NCBI GenBank assembly: GCA_050946435.1
Contig: JBMNUU010000008.1
Location: 13,213 to 77,212 of the forward strand
Length of the DNA stretch: 64,000 nucleotides
Origin: Prevotella sp.
GTDB taxonomy: Bacteria; Bacteroidota; Bacteroidia; Bacteroidales; Bacteroidaceae
Direction of reading: 5' to 3'
This document shows positions 9,631 to 21,100 of the stretch, piece after piece. The notes beneath the pieces were generated by a model. It was not told the DNA's origin. It saw only the letters and a program-made list of their open reading frames with translations, and searched no databases. Numbering within the stretch: position 1 is the first letter of the stretch; each line of letters begins with the position of its first letter. Made by a program: the position numbers and the translations under genes.

Positions 9631-11511
9631 ATGAAAGTACAAAAACTATTGTCAGCAGTCTTCTTGGCTGCACTATTTTCTATGTCGGCCTTAGCCGCAG
9701 GGACGCCTCGAAGCGAATATCCGAGGCCGCAGTTTGAACGCAAGGCATGGGTGAACCTCAACGGTACGTGGGATTTCACCTTCGACTATGCCAATTCGGG
9801 CATAGAAAAAGAGTATCAAAAGGCTACTCATTTTGACCAGACCATCACGGTGCCATTCTGTCCCGAGAGTAAATTATCAGGTGTGGGCCATACCGATTTT
9901 ATCAATCACATCTGGTATCACCGCACAATTCAGGCTCCTGCAGATTGGAAGGGCAAGCGCATCATGCTGAATTTCGGTGCCGTCTATTTCAATTCCGAGA
10001 TTTACGTCGACGGTCATCTGGCCGGTCGCCATTTCGGAGGTAGCTCATCTTTCAGCATCGACATCACACGCTTTGTGTCCGATGGCGCAACCCATCATCT
10101 GGTAGTGAAGGCTTCCAGCGACGTGCGCTCCACCAAGCAGAGTTCCGGTAAGCAGAATCTCCAACTGCACTCCTATGGCTGCAACTATACCCGCACCACG
10201 GGAATCTGGCAGACCGTATGGATGGAAGCCGTAGATCCCTCAGGACTCGAGCGTGTGCAGGTCATTCCCGACATCGACCAGAGTCAGATCTCCATCCATC
10301 CCCACTTCTTTGCCGACAGCCGCAATGAACTCCGCGTAGTGCTCAAGGACGGCAGCCGCACGGTGTCCTCGGCCAAAGTGAAGGCCACCAACAGCTCCAC
10401 AGTGGTGCTCCCCGTGAAGAAGGCCAAGCTGTGGTCTCCCGAGTCGCCCCATCTTTACACCTTGATATTCCAGGTGGTAGACAATCGTGGCACGGTGCTC
10501 GACGAGGTCAACTCTTATGTCGGGATGCGCAAGGTACATATTGAGGGCAACAAGATTTATCTGAACAACAAGCCTTATTATCAGCGACTGGTGCTCGACC
10601 AGGGTTTCTATCCTGACGGCATCTGGACGGCACCGTCTGACGATGCCTTGAAAAGAGACATTGAATTGTCGAAGCAGGCCGGATTCAATGGTGCCCGACT
10701 CCATCAGAAAGCATTTGAGGAGCGTTATTACTATTGGGCCGACAAACTGGGCTACATCACCTGGGGTGAGGCACCAAGCTGGGGTATGGACGCCAACGAC
10801 ATTGAGGTGGCACGCAACTTCCTCATGGAATGGTCTGAGCTGGTCACCCGCGACCGCAACCATCCCTCACTGCTCATCTGGACGCCGATGAACGAGGAGT
10901 TCTGGCCAGACAAGATGCAGTATCCTCGGATGACGACCGACCTCTACAACCTGACCAAGACGCTCGATCCCACAAGGCCCGTAAACGATGCCAGCGGCGG
11001 CTGCCACATCAAGACCGATATATGGACCGTGCACCACTATGAGCAGGATCCTAACAAGCTCAAGGACATTCTTTACAAGGATGGCAAGTTCTTCCAGACA
11101 CCCAACTATACCATTGGGGTGCCTGCAGCCAATATCGGATACAACGGTCTGCGTGACAACGAGATCTACGAATTCCCCGAATATGACGGCAAGATGCCTT
11201 ATCTCATCGATGAGGTTGGCGGTATCAAATGGGTGAAAGGGCAAGACAAGACCAACTCCGACCGCGAGTCGTGGGGCTATGGTGAGCCACCAAGAACTGA
11301 GCAGGAATTCATGCAAAGGCTCGAGGGCATCATCGATGCTGTGCTTGGCCTGGGCGACCATATATGGGGATATTGCTACACCCAGCTCACCGATGTGGAG
11401 CAGGAGCAGAACGGTATTTTCTATTATGACCGCACACCGAAGTTTGACCTGAAAGTGATCCACGCCATTTTCAGCAAGACTCCGGATGACGTGAAGACAA
11501 CTCAAAAGTAA
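9631..11511 (+). CDS. Glycoside hydrolase family 2 protein (beta-galactosidase/glucuronidase-like)
   Basis: Signal peptide, an N-terminal sugar-binding-domain-like region (WDFTFDY.., IMLNFGAVYFNSEIYVDGH) and a TIM-barrel segment NGARLHQKAFEERYY ... RNHPSLLIWTPMNEE with the acid/base Glu context typical of GH2. Confidence 0.8.
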   Translation: MKVQKLLSAVFLAALFSMSALAAGTPRSEYPRPQFERKAWVNLNGTWDFTFDYANSGIEKEYQKATHFDQTITVPFCPESKLSGVGHTDFINHIWYHRTIQAPADWKGKRIMLNFGAVYFNSEIYVDGHLAGRHFGGSSSFSIDITRFVSDGATHHLVVKASSDVRSTKQSSGKQNLQLHSYGCNYTRTTGIWQTVWMEAVDPSGLERVQVIPDIDQSQISIHPHFFADSRNELRVVLKDGSRTVSSAKVKATNSSTVVLPVKKAKLWSPESPHLYTLIFQVVDNRGTVLDEVNSYVGMRKVHIEGNKIYLNNKPYYQRLVLDQGFYPDGIWTAPSDDALKRDIELSKQAGFNGARLHQKAFEERYYYWADKLGYITWGEAPSWGMDANDIEVARNFLMEWSELVTRDRNHPSLLIWTPMNEEFWPDKMQYPRMTTDLYNLTKTLDPTRPVNDASGGCHIKTDIWTVHHYEQDPNKLKDILYKDGKFFQTPNYTIGVPAANIGYNGLRDNEIYEFPEYDGKMPYLIDEVGGIKWVKGQDKTNSDRESWGYGEPPRTEQEFMQRLEGIIDAVLGLGDHIWGYCYTQLTDVEQEQNGIFYYDRTPKFDLKVIHAIFSKTPDDVKTTQK

Positions 11512-11523
11512 ACCCAAAAATTA

Positions 11524-11560
11524 ATTGACCCTGCCCCAATTTGGAGCAGGGTCAATTGTT
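11524..11560 (+). terminator. Hairpin terminator candidate downstream of the GH2 gene
   Basis: Perfect 11-bp stem ATTGACCCTGC (11524-11534) / GCAGGGTCAAT (11546-11556), an 11-nt loop, followed by TGTT. It begins 13 nt after the stop. Confidence 0.6.
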
Positions 11561-11714
11561 ATGACCTTTTATCATAGTCTATCACTCCTTATTATATCCT
11601 ATAATATGGCCCAGTAGGAAAAAGTGGGGGGAGATTTTGCGGTGTTATTGAGGTTTACCACATTGAAAATAACGCTCCTATCCTGAACTCAAGTTTTGAA
11701 GAATTCGAGACGGT

Positions 11715-12083
11715 CAATTATATTAACAAATAGCCCTCTCATTTTAGCTTATTTAAAAACAAGTTTGCCTTTGTCCAAAATACGCAAAATAGGCGATAGT
11801 TTGTAAAAGCCTGACAGTTAGGGCTTTTGAAAAAACGGCCTTTTTTCTCCTATTTTATCGCCTGCGATTGAGTATCTCATGGCATGATGAGAAGGCTTTA
11901 ACCGCAGTGCGATTCGGTCTCTTTCGCACAGCCGATAAGGCCTAACCATGTGATGAGAAGAGGCCAACCGCAGTGGACTCGCACATTTTGGGAACGCTCG
12001 GCCCGATGATGACGAGAAAACATAGCCCTTTTTTCTTTGGATGTCTCGAAAATAAAACTCAAAAAATGGTAATTATATTTTAC
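11715..12083 (+). repeat. Dispersed ~370-bp non-coding element (family D), copy 2
   Basis: Roughly 80% identical by eye to the reverse complement of 63632-64000 across the full 369 bp (caattatattaacaaatagccctc ... aaaaaatggtaattatattttac). It contains internal direct submotifs atgatgagaaggctttaaccgcagtg and gtgatgagaagaggccaaccgcagtg. Confidence 0.85.
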
Positions 12084-12396
12084 TATTTATAGAGAGTATG
12101 CTTGCTCCAATTTGAATGAGCAGACAATTTCACCGGATTCAGGAAGCATCCGGGTGCAGTAGGAGTTGACACGCACGAACTTTATTTCCTACATCGTATC
12201 TTCATATTTTCAATCACGTTTGTGGTTGTGTGGTTACCACAATCATAGGCGCGTGCGACGCCTCCCGGTAAACACCTATGGAGCTAAAAAAATACGAGCC
12301 TCTCTGCCACAGGACCCGTCGGAGTATTTATACCGCCCCCTTTTTCCCAAAAACCGATGCTATCGGCTCTCGCTAAAAAGGGGGCAGTTCTTATCA

Positions 12397-14325
12397 TTAA
12401 TCGATTCGTTCGAGCGTAATCAATCGCAATTCGAATTGATTGCCATTCTCGTTTTTCTTCACACGGAAGGTAATAGAGTTGGTTTGCTTTGTCAAATAAA
12501 TGTCGCCAACATGCACACCTTTCTTTTCCTGACGTGCGTCAGACCGACTTGTCTTCCAATCGGAGACTTGTTTCTGGCGCTGCCAAACCTGGAAATCGGC
12601 GCCTTCAGGACTGCTGACATAGTCGAGGAGTACACGATAGTTGCCTTCCGAAACATCCGACAGCATGACGCGTGCATCGCCCTGTCCGCCGGTTGTCATT
12701 TTGAAACCGTGCGTAGAAGACAGGCTGATGTCTCCGCCGATGGTCATTTCAAAAAGCTGAGGAAAATAGATATGGGTGGTAGGCTTGTACACTTTCAGCC
12801 ATTCGCCCTGCGGTTCCTGCTTGCCGGTAAGAGGCGTGTCGCTGTAGAACATGGCAACAGATGTATAGTCTACGGGGAAGTTGTTGCGTTCAGGGCCATG
12901 CTCCATCCCATGAAAGATTTCCTTTTCAAACGACATCTTGTCGCTCAGGTGGAAACGATAGCCGCCGGTGCGCGCCATCGGGAGCGAATAGTCGAGCGAG
13001 CCATGGATGGGCAGACTCACACCCCGATCCCATCTGTCGAGCAGGGCGTACCAACCTCCGTTGAAATAGTCTTCCGACCCCGTGCCGTGCAGGCGCATTT
13101 TGCCATCCACATGGGTGCTGTCATCGCCTTCGAAAAATAGCGTCATGCCGGGGCGCAGTCCTTGTGCCTGCAGAATGGTACCCACATAATGGCCTTTCCC
13201 CTTGGTCTGAAGAAAAGTATGATAGATGCCAAGCGGTGTACGCTGACGACGCCACACACTATAAAACTTTGCCTCGTCTTTGGAACGACCCTGAAGGGTG
13301 TAGTGTATCTTCACTTTGGCTACAATGGATGGCTGGTTGGCAGCTCGCTTTTTGTACACCAAGTTTACTTTGGCCGAGCGATCGAACGGCATGGGCAGGA
13401 AACAATAGTTGTCGTTGCCCTGCTTACCCATCAATATACTGCGCATGGCTCCATGTCCAAAGGCGTAGCCAAAGAAATCCTGCAGCGGCGCATAAATGGC
13501 CTCTACGGGTTCATCGTCCCATCGGGCCGAGAGAATGATGTCCTTATAATCGCCTTCAAAAGCCGTTCCACCGTCTATCTGCATACCCACAATCCGGCCG
13601 GGAGAATTGAGCGCAAAGCAGTTTACTTCCTCGCCCGGAGTAAGGGTTACCTCCTTTTCTACTGTTTGAATACCGGCTGATTTGCCATTGGCAAAAAGTG
13701 CGGCCTGCACATTGTCAGTTGCCCAAAAGTCGCAAACCTCCTTGAGGATTTGTCGGTCTTGCGCCGTAAACTGTCCATTGTAAGTCTCCACTTTCTTCGT
13801 AGTGAGATTGCGGTAACCTATCTGAATGAACTCCAACTTGGGGCCGTCGTAAACAATCTTGCACGACTTCTTGTAGGTGATGGGCACGTAACAATAATAT
13901 CCGCCGACTTCATTGCCACATACAGGCTTGACAAAAGGATAGACCTTACCCGAGAAAAGGTCGGAAAACTTGATAGACAGTCCGGGCTCTTTTGCACCGT
14001 CGAAATAGAAATAGAGCATGGTTTCGTTGGGCGTCGGCGTCCAAATGCGGTCGATAACGCCCGGTCCTTTCATTTCGGCAATGACCAGCTTGTTGTCCTC
14101 CTTACGGATGAACGAATAAGTTCCGGCAAACCCGTCATCGTTTCCGTGTGTTCGATCATAGCTTGAAAAGGATTCGACGTATGACCCCGTACGATACTGA
14201 GGCAGCTTGTCGATGCGCTTGAGCAGCGAGAGCTCGTCTGACCATCGGTAGTTGTCTTGTGCGAATCCATGCGTTGGTATCAAGGCCGCGCAGGCCAGAA
14301 TGAATAGCTTGAATACTTTTGTCAT
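12397..14325 (-). CDS. DUF2961 / glycoside hydrolase family 172 protein
   Basis: Signal peptide MTKVFKLFILACAALIPTHGFAQ. The motif LHGTGSEDYFNGGWY is as I remember for DUF2961 (GH172). It is the last gene of the minus-strand PUL. Confidence 0.75.
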   Translation of the reverse strand: MTKVFKLFILACAALIPTHGFAQDNYRWSDELSLLKRIDKLPQYRTGSYVESFSSYDRTHGNDDGFAGTYSFIRKEDNKLVIAEMKGPGVIDRIWTPTPNETMLYFYFDGAKEPGLSIKFSDLFSGKVYPFVKPVCGNEVGGYYCYVPITYKKSCKIVYDGPKLEFIQIGYRNLTTKKVETYNGQFTAQDRQILKEVCDFWATDNVQAALFANGKSAGIQTVEKEVTLTPGEEVNCFALNSPGRIVGMQIDGGTAFEGDYKDIILSARWDDEPVEAIYAPLQDFFGYAFGHGAMRSILMGKQGNDNYCFLPMPFDRSAKVNLVYKKRAANQPSIVAKVKIHYTLQGRSKDEAKFYSVWRRQRTPLGIYHTFLQTKGKGHYVGTILQAQGLRPGMTLFFEGDDSTHVDGKMRLHGTGSEDYFNGGWYALLDRWDRGVSLPIHGSLDYSLPMARTGGYRFHLSDKMSFEKEIFHGMEHGPERNNFPVDYTSVAMFYSDTPLTGKQEPQGEWLKVYKPTTHIYFPQLFEMTIGGDISLSSTHGFKMTTGGQGDARVMLSDVSEGNYRVLLDYVSSPEGADFQVWQRQKQVSDWKTSRSDARQEKKGVHVGDIYLTKQTNSITFRVKKNENGNQFELRLITLERID

Positions 14326-14472
14326 GTCTTAAAATTTAGTTTTTATCATGAAGAAAGGAAAAGAAAGAAAGCACCGTCGACAATCTTTATCTATTGTAAA
14401 AACGAAGATACACATAGAAATATTGCCGGCGGTGCATAAAACAATCTTTACCTTCCTAAAAAATGATGCTGA

Positions 14473-16185
14473 TTAAAAATCTCCTTTGTAGCCTTCCGGA
14501 ACGATAATCAAGGCATTGACGCCGTAGAATCCGCCCCAGTGGGTATTGAACGAAGCTCTTGTCACTTCAATATCAATCGTGCCATCCGGCTTAGGCTGAA
14601 TGTCTTTAATAATGGCGAGTTTGTCTTCATTGTAATCATTGGAGACTTCAGCCGAGCCGCTTGTCACTCCCGTTAAGGTGAATCGTGTACCTGTATTGTG
14701 GTCGTTCACCGCACCATAGAACATAAAGGTGTACTTCTTGGTTGTGTTCAGGCCCGACATCTTGAATCCGCCGACTTCCTGGCCCGGTCTCTTACCATCT
14801 CTGAAGAACATATCCTTATATACCGATGGAGGCATACCGAGACGGTTTCCAAAGCCGTTTCTCCTCAGCATATTGAACGGTGTGGTAGCCTCAATGTTGA
14901 AATAAGTGCTGTTGCCTTGCGTATCGATGAGGTTGCTTAGCGGTTTGTCAGGCTTGACAAAACTGTTGAAAGGCAATGGCGTGAACTCTGTACCGAAGTC
15001 GATAAATATCGGATTTTCCAAGACGAACGGGTTAGCGCTCTTGAAGTCTACCATGTCGGTCACCTTTCCGCTGTTTGTCACTGCACTGTGGGCACACTGC
15101 TTGTACATCTTGTTGACGTATTCAGACATACCGGGTACGTTGTAGGGCATCTGGGTGACGTCCGTACCAAACAAAGTTTCGTACCAGGTCAGGGCTGAGA
15201 TATACGCACCTGATGTGGCATTCAAGTTAATGTCATCGTTGAGTACACTCTCACCAAGATAAGTGGTGCGTGCGTTTTGAATGGCTGTACCCACCGGCGC
15301 AATCTTGGTAAATTGGTCGGCTACCGAATGTGTGGCCGCAACAATGGCCTTGTACATCTTCATCTGATCCCTATCATAATGCATGAAACCGGTGGCCACT
15401 GATGCAGCGTTGTAGGCCCATGGCATATGAAGGTAACATTTGAGATTAGGATTGGTAGCCCATTCTTGTATCTTTTCAAGGATGAGCGGTATGTTCTCGG
15501 CATAGCCTTGGGCGTCTCCGGAAGCATCAATATCCTCCTCGATAGCGATATAGTCCCAGTTCTCACTGGTAATAACCTCCCTTAACATTTTATCGCTTTG
15601 ACTGTTCAGATTGCCCTCCTCGTCTATGCGCAGGGAAGTGTACAAGGCCGCATTCTCATTTATATTCTCGAGGTGATCTGCCAATGTAGTTTGTGGTCGA
15701 TACACATTGCAAACCACGATGTGTTTATTGGTGGCCCTTGCCATTCTGACCAAGGCCTCGTTGGCAGACTGAGAAGCTGTTCTGCTGCCGATGGTCAGCA
15801 ATTTGATGGACTGTTCGCCATCTAAGACTGTCAGGTCAGCAAAATACTTCATCTGATGGTCGCTGGTTTCAACCTTCAGTGTGGTAGAGCCCGGCTGCAA
15901 GCCCGTAATGACGGCCTGCTGCTGGTCTTTCTTTTCAACCGACGCCAGGGTGTTGTCGGCAACGCTCCATACTACATTATAGCTCTTTCCGGCAATGGTA
16001 TCGACTGACGGTTTAAGCACGATCTGCTCACCAACATGGATGGTGACAGACGATTGGTGCATCCGGAGAAACCGATCCGCATTGGGTCTTACGTCTGAGT
16101 CGTCGGAGCAAGAGAAGAAGACTGCACACAACATCACACAGAGGTAGACCAATGGGTTGTATATTGATTGATGTGAATATTTCAT
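14473..16185 (-). CDS. PUL-encoded lipoprotein: N-terminal Ig-like (Big_2-type) domain, central SGNH/DUF4886-like domain and C-terminal beta-sandwich (CBM-like)
   Basis: Lipoprotein signal ...CAVFFSCSDD and Big_2-like SVTIHVGEQIVLKPSV...VWSVADNTLASV...GSTTLKV. Domain names are tentative. It follows SusD by 18 nt. Confidence 0.6.
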   Translation of the reverse strand: MKYSHQSIYNPLVYLCVMLCAVFFSCSDDSDVRPNADRFLRMHQSSVTIHVGEQIVLKPSVDTIAGKSYNVVWSVADNTLASVEKKDQQQAVITGLQPGSTTLKVETSDHQMKYFADLTVLDGEQSIKLLTIGSRTASQSANEALVRMARATNKHIVVCNVYRPQTTLADHLENINENAALYTSLRIDEEGNLNSQSDKMLREVITSENWDYIAIEEDIDASGDAQGYAENIPLILEKIQEWATNPNLKCYLHMPWAYNAASVATGFMHYDRDQMKMYKAIVAATHSVADQFTKIAPVGTAIQNARTTYLGESVLNDDINLNATSGAYISALTWYETLFGTDVTQMPYNVPGMSEYVNKMYKQCAHSAVTNSGKVTDMVDFKSANPFVLENPIFIDFGTEFTPLPFNSFVKPDKPLSNLIDTQGNSTYFNIEATTPFNMLRRNGFGNRLGMPPSVYKDMFFRDGKRPGQEVGGFKMSGLNTTKKYTFMFYGAVNDHNTGTRFTLTGVTSGSAEVSNDYNEDKLAIIKDIQPKPDGTIDIEVTRASFNTHWGGFYGVNALIIVPEGYKGDF

Positions 16186-16203
16186 AATTGCAAGTTGTTG
16201 AAA

Positions 16204-18126
16204 TTAATAGCCTGTTGCTTGTACTAAGTTTGTATTGATGTCCATCTGTTTCTGTGGAACAGGCATGAAGTACATCTTCTTGGTAAACACACGGGGTTTC
16301 CAATACCAACGCTTGTAGTAAGCTTTGGGGTCCCTGGGGTCATCGCTGGCAACGGTCCCGGTTCTGTTCATACCGTAAACGGGCATGTTCAGATATTTCT
16401 CGGCCAGCTTCCATCTGCGCAGGTCTTGTATGCGTACACCCTCACAATTGAACTCGATGCGACGCTCGTGTTGAATAGCCTCACGCATCTTCTCTTTGCT
16501 CAAACCTTCTTCCAGTCCGGGAAGTCCGGCACGTTCGCGAACAAGATTCACGTATTTGTAGACCTCTTCCGAAGGACTGCCTTGACTTTCGTTGAGTGCT
16601 TCCGCATAACCCAAGTAGGCATCGGCCAAACGATAGAGAATACCGGGCTGATAACTATGCTTGCCTTCACGTGGGAAGATGTCCAAAGCTATTCTCTTCC
16701 GAATATTATAACCTGTCCAAGGCGAGTCGAAGGTATCGTCGGCATCTTTGCCCGCACCCCTCAAGTTGTTCACTTGGCGATTGGCAACGCCCAGCCACTC
16801 GTTGTTGAAGATTACGGAAGCATAGAATCTCGGCTCCCTATTGCAATACATATTGAAAGTACCCGTCAGCGTGACCGGTCTTTCGCCCTTCTTAGAATCG
16901 AACGAGGTGGTAGGACCACCACCGGGCCATAAAGTCTTGCGCATTTCGTTTGCGGTAGAGAATCCACGTTCCTTGTATCCCGACTCAGGATTGATAATGG
17001 GTGAACCGTTTTTGTTGTAACCCAAGATAGGTGTCGAGCCGTCTTTCATTTGGAAGGCGTCGACCAGCTCCTGTGTAATGTTCATGGCTGCATTTCCACC
17101 GATTCCTTTGGGAAGATGATGGGACTGCCAGAAATTTAAATCTTTATTCTCAGGACGTCCGAAAATAATCTCCTTGTTGCCATCGGAGAAACGCTTGAGC
17201 GACATGTTGTAATACGACATCAACGGGTCGATGCTGCCATCGCTGTTGTATTCGTAGTAAAGTTTATAGCCATTGCTTTCAGCCAGCGTAATCATTTCCT
17301 TGAATGCTGTGGCTGCCCTTTGCCATTTCTCGGCGGAGTAGGTCTGGTTAATCAGGTTTTCTCCACTCTTGTTTTTCCAGTCAGCATAGTCTGTGTTCCC
17401 ATTGAACAACGGACTTGCAGCAAAGAGCAGGGTCTTGGCACGAATGGCCAAAGCCATGACAGACGTGGCACGTCCCCAGTCCAGATCACTTTCGTACACA
17501 GCCGGCAGATGCTTCGACACCTCCACCATCTCTTTATCGATCCAATCTACAATGACATCGGCAGGTGTCTGCTCAGCCATAAGCTCCGAGCTGGGTGTAC
17601 CGGTTTCGTAGATCTTATCGGGATTGAAAGGTACTGCTCCATAAGTTTCTACCAGCAGCGAATAATAATAGGCTATCAGGAAACGAGCCTCATACTTCAT
17701 TCTGGTTACGTAACTCTCGGTCAGTCCATCCGTCGGGATGATACGAACATTCTCTATAAACTGCAGGGCTGTCCTGATACGCTTGGGCAACTCTACCCAA
17801 TAGTTAGGACTCCACCCTGACGTTGGACTCCAGTTTCCCGTTGTGAACGCATAGGAATTGGCCCAACCATAAGGTGTCCATTGGCTTGGAATCACTATAT
17901 CATCGGCCATAATGTTGTAGCCCTGGTCCTTATAGTAACCCCACATTGGGCTGGGCACGGAAGAATAAACGCTCGCCAGCCAGTCTTCGGTTCTGATCTT
18001 ATCTGAGAAAATCATCTCCATGGTCAATTGGTCATCGGGCTCCTTATCCAGATAGTCACAACTTGACATTAACGAAAGGCATCCAAGTAAGAAAAATACC
18101 TTGGTAATATATCTTGTTATTTTCAT
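16204..18126 (-). CDS. susD: SusD/RagB family nutrient-binding outer-membrane lipoprotein
   Basis: Lipoprotein signal LGCLSLMSSCDYLD. It starts 13 nt after the SusC stop. It is helical/TPR-like with the typical RagB/SusD C-terminal ...YFMPVPQKQMDINTNLVQATGY. Confidence 0.9.
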   Translation of the reverse strand: MKITRYITKVFFLLGCLSLMSSCDYLDKEPDDQLTMEMIFSDKIRTEDWLASVYSSVPSPMWGYYKDQGYNIMADDIVIPSQWTPYGWANSYAFTTGNWSPTSGWSPNYWVELPKRIRTALQFIENVRIIPTDGLTESYVTRMKYEARFLIAYYYSLLVETYGAVPFNPDKIYETGTPSSELMAEQTPADVIVDWIDKEMVEVSKHLPAVYESDLDWGRATSVMALAIRAKTLLFAASPLFNGNTDYADWKNKSGENLINQTYSAEKWQRAATAFKEMITLAESNGYKLYYEYNSDGSIDPLMSYYNMSLKRFSDGNKEIIFGRPENKDLNFWQSHHLPKGIGGNAAMNITQELVDAFQMKDGSTPILGYNKNGSPIINPESGYKERGFSTANEMRKTLWPGGGPTTSFDSKKGERPVTLTGTFNMYCNREPRFYASVIFNNEWLGVANRQVNNLRGAGKDADDTFDSPWTGYNIRKRIALDIFPREGKHSYQPGILYRLADAYLGYAEALNESQGSPSEEVYKYVNLVRERAGLPGLEEGLSKEKMREAIQHERRIEFNCEGVRIQDLRRWKLAEKYLNMPVYGMNRTGTVASDDPRDPKAYYKRWYWKPRVFTKKMYFMPVPQKQMDINTNLVQATGY

Positions 18127-18138
18127 AATTTCAATTGT

Positions 18139-21100
18139 TTAGTTGTTAAAGTTCAGCGTAATACCAACAGACAATGATTTCATCATCGGGTATTTCAAAC
18201 CATCGTTGGAGCCAATTTCAGGATCCCACATATCAAATTTGGAGAAAGTCAACAGATTACTGCCTCTCAAGAAGATACGGCAATCGCGTATGGCAATCTT
18301 TTCACTCCAATTACTTGGGATGGTATATCCAATTTCGAGATTCTTCAGTCTGAGGAAGCTCATATCCTTGAGCCACCAGGTAGAAGCTTGTTCGTTGTTG
18401 CTTGTGGTAAACTCGTTCATTCTCGGCCAAAATACATCTTGCCGAGGATTGCTTGTTGTCCATCGGTCATCAATGTTCGACCAGATGTTACCTGCACCGA
18501 TTGAAGAGGCTGGCAACCAGGTTTCTCCACCCAGAATACGGTCGGTCTTACCAACGCCGGAGAAGAAGAAGCCAAAGTCTACTTGCTTGTATCTCAGTGT
18601 GGCTCCAAAGCCATAAACAATTTGGGGATCAACAGTTCCACCAATAGCTGTCTGGTCGAGGGCTGTAATCTCGCCATCGCCGTTCATGTCCTTGTACTTA
18701 ATGTCACCGGGAGCAAGGAAAGTCTCTGAGCTGAACTTCTGCGATGGGATGCCTTCCTTGAGTTTCCCAGTTTCGTCAAAATCGTTTTCGTCAAACAAAC
18801 GCTCGGCCACCAAACCAAACAACTGGCCTACGGGCTTGCCGGTACGAGAGCGATAAGTGCCCCTCATGGCTTCCGGCTCGTCTATTTCCGTCACCTTGTT
18901 ATGGGCATACGTAAAGTTGGCCATTGCCGTCAACTGGAAGTCATGGTTAAATTGGTGATTCACATTGATAGAGAAGTCGATACCGCTGTTTTCCACTTTA
19001 CCGTAGTTGTCCCATATAGCCCTGTTGAATCCCGCAGAACCGGGCATATTAGTGCGCTGCATGAAGATATCTTTACGCCACTCTTTAAAGATGTCGAAGC
19101 TCATGGAGACACTTCCGTTGAACAATCCCATGTCGACACCCACGTTGGTTTTGGTTACGGTCTCCCAAGTCAGGTCGGGAACACCAATCTCGCCTTCGGC
19201 TCTACCCAGCCGGTAGAACTGTCCCTCAGTACCAAAATAATAGTAACCGGTGTTTGCAATCGTGGAGATATAGGCGAAGCGACGGCCATTAATATTGCTG
19301 TTACCGGCCTTTCCCCAGCTTGCCCTCAGCTTCAACAGCGAAAGCGTTTTGGAAACAGAGCGCATCCAGGGTTCTTCTGTCACAACCCATCCTAAAGCCA
19401 CAGCGGGGAAGAAACCGAAACGTTTTCCGGGAGCGAAGTTCTCCGACCCGTTGTAACCGAAGTTAAATTCCGCTACGTAGCGATCATCATAAGTGTACGA
19501 CATTCTTCCTGCGAAACCCTGATTACGGAAAGGCAGATAAGAACCGTCGTCGAAGTTCTTTTGGTTGTAAAGCAACATGGCATTCACCGCATGCTTCTTG
19601 GCGAAAGTCCGCGAGTAATTGATCATACCTTCCAAATAGGTGCTCTGCGTTCCCCACCCTGCATCTTTTACATATCCAAGAAATTCTTGGCCGTTGCTTT
19701 GGATGTTGGTGATGATGTTTCCATCGTAATCACGGCCTGAAGCAGGGAAATAATAGTCAGGATTCTTGGCTCTCTCCACTGAGTTGTTTGCAAACTTATC
19801 GAATGAGAAGCTCAATCTTGCACTCAGACCCGGCGTGATGAACTTTAAATCTTGCTCGATAGAAGTAAGGGCTTGCACGCTACTGTGATTCAGTTTTCTG
19901 TAACCACGCTGCGTACTAAAGGCCCATGGATTTTCCTTGTATTGCACTCTTGGAATGCGCCCATCGGCATAGATGGCCGGATGGATATACGGTGGAATGC
20001 GCATGGAATGGTAGAAGATAGTTCTATCGGTTACATCTCCGGGAGGAGAGTTCCTGGTTTGCAGGTATCCACCGATGTTAATACGTACAATAGTGCTGCT
20101 GGTCACATTGATGTCGACGTTAGACCGTACCGTATAGCGGTTTACCTTTAACGACGAATCCCACTCTTTAGTCTTGTCGCGCTGCAGGATACCATTCTCG
20201 TTAAAATAGCTGGCCACCAAGGCATACCTCAGGATTTTTGAACCACCCGAGATGTTTAACGTAGCGCGTGTGTTGTCGGCATAATCCTTTGAAACCACAT
20301 CCCACCAGTTAACATCGGGATACAACTCCGGGTCTGTATGGTTGCGATAGTTCTCTAACACGGCGTCAGAAACCATTGGAGCCTTGCCTTCTTCCCGATA
20401 CATATCGTTCATGAGTTCGAGATATTTCACACTACCCACATACTCGGGCATTTTCGTGGGCTGAGTGAATGCGTGCTCAAAGCGAACGTTGACCTGCGGT
20501 TTACCGATTTCGCCTCGTTTGGTTTCAATCATGATCACACCGTTGGCTCCACGTACACCGTAAACAGCACTGGCTGCGGCATCCTTCAAAACAGAGAATG
20601 AAGCGATTTCTTCCGGGTCGATGTCATTGAGCGAACGCTCAATACCATCAATCAGCACCAATGGGCGCGTGTTGCCCGCAAAACTACTGATACCTCTAAT
20701 CCAGAAGTCTGAATTGTTATACCAAGGGTCGCCACTGCGCTGCACGGCAATAACGCCCGGTGTGAGCCCTGCCAGTGAATTACTCATCGAACGGCTGGGC
20801 ACCATACTGAGGTCTTTGGGCTTGATGTTGGAAATGGCACCCACCACAGAAGCCTTCTTCTGGGTACCGAAACCTACGACCACCACTTCGTCAAGGGCGG
20901 AAACGTCTTCGTCGAGGGCCACATCAATAATTTTGTCAGCACCCACGTTTACTTCTTTCTCCTTAAAACCGATGTAGTTGAATTTCAACACCGGATTGTC
21001 GGTAGTTAGTGTTATCCGATAAGCACCGGTAACATCGGTGATAACCGTGTTGGACTCGTTGCCTTTCTCGGATACCGAGACGCCGATCAGCGTCTCACCT

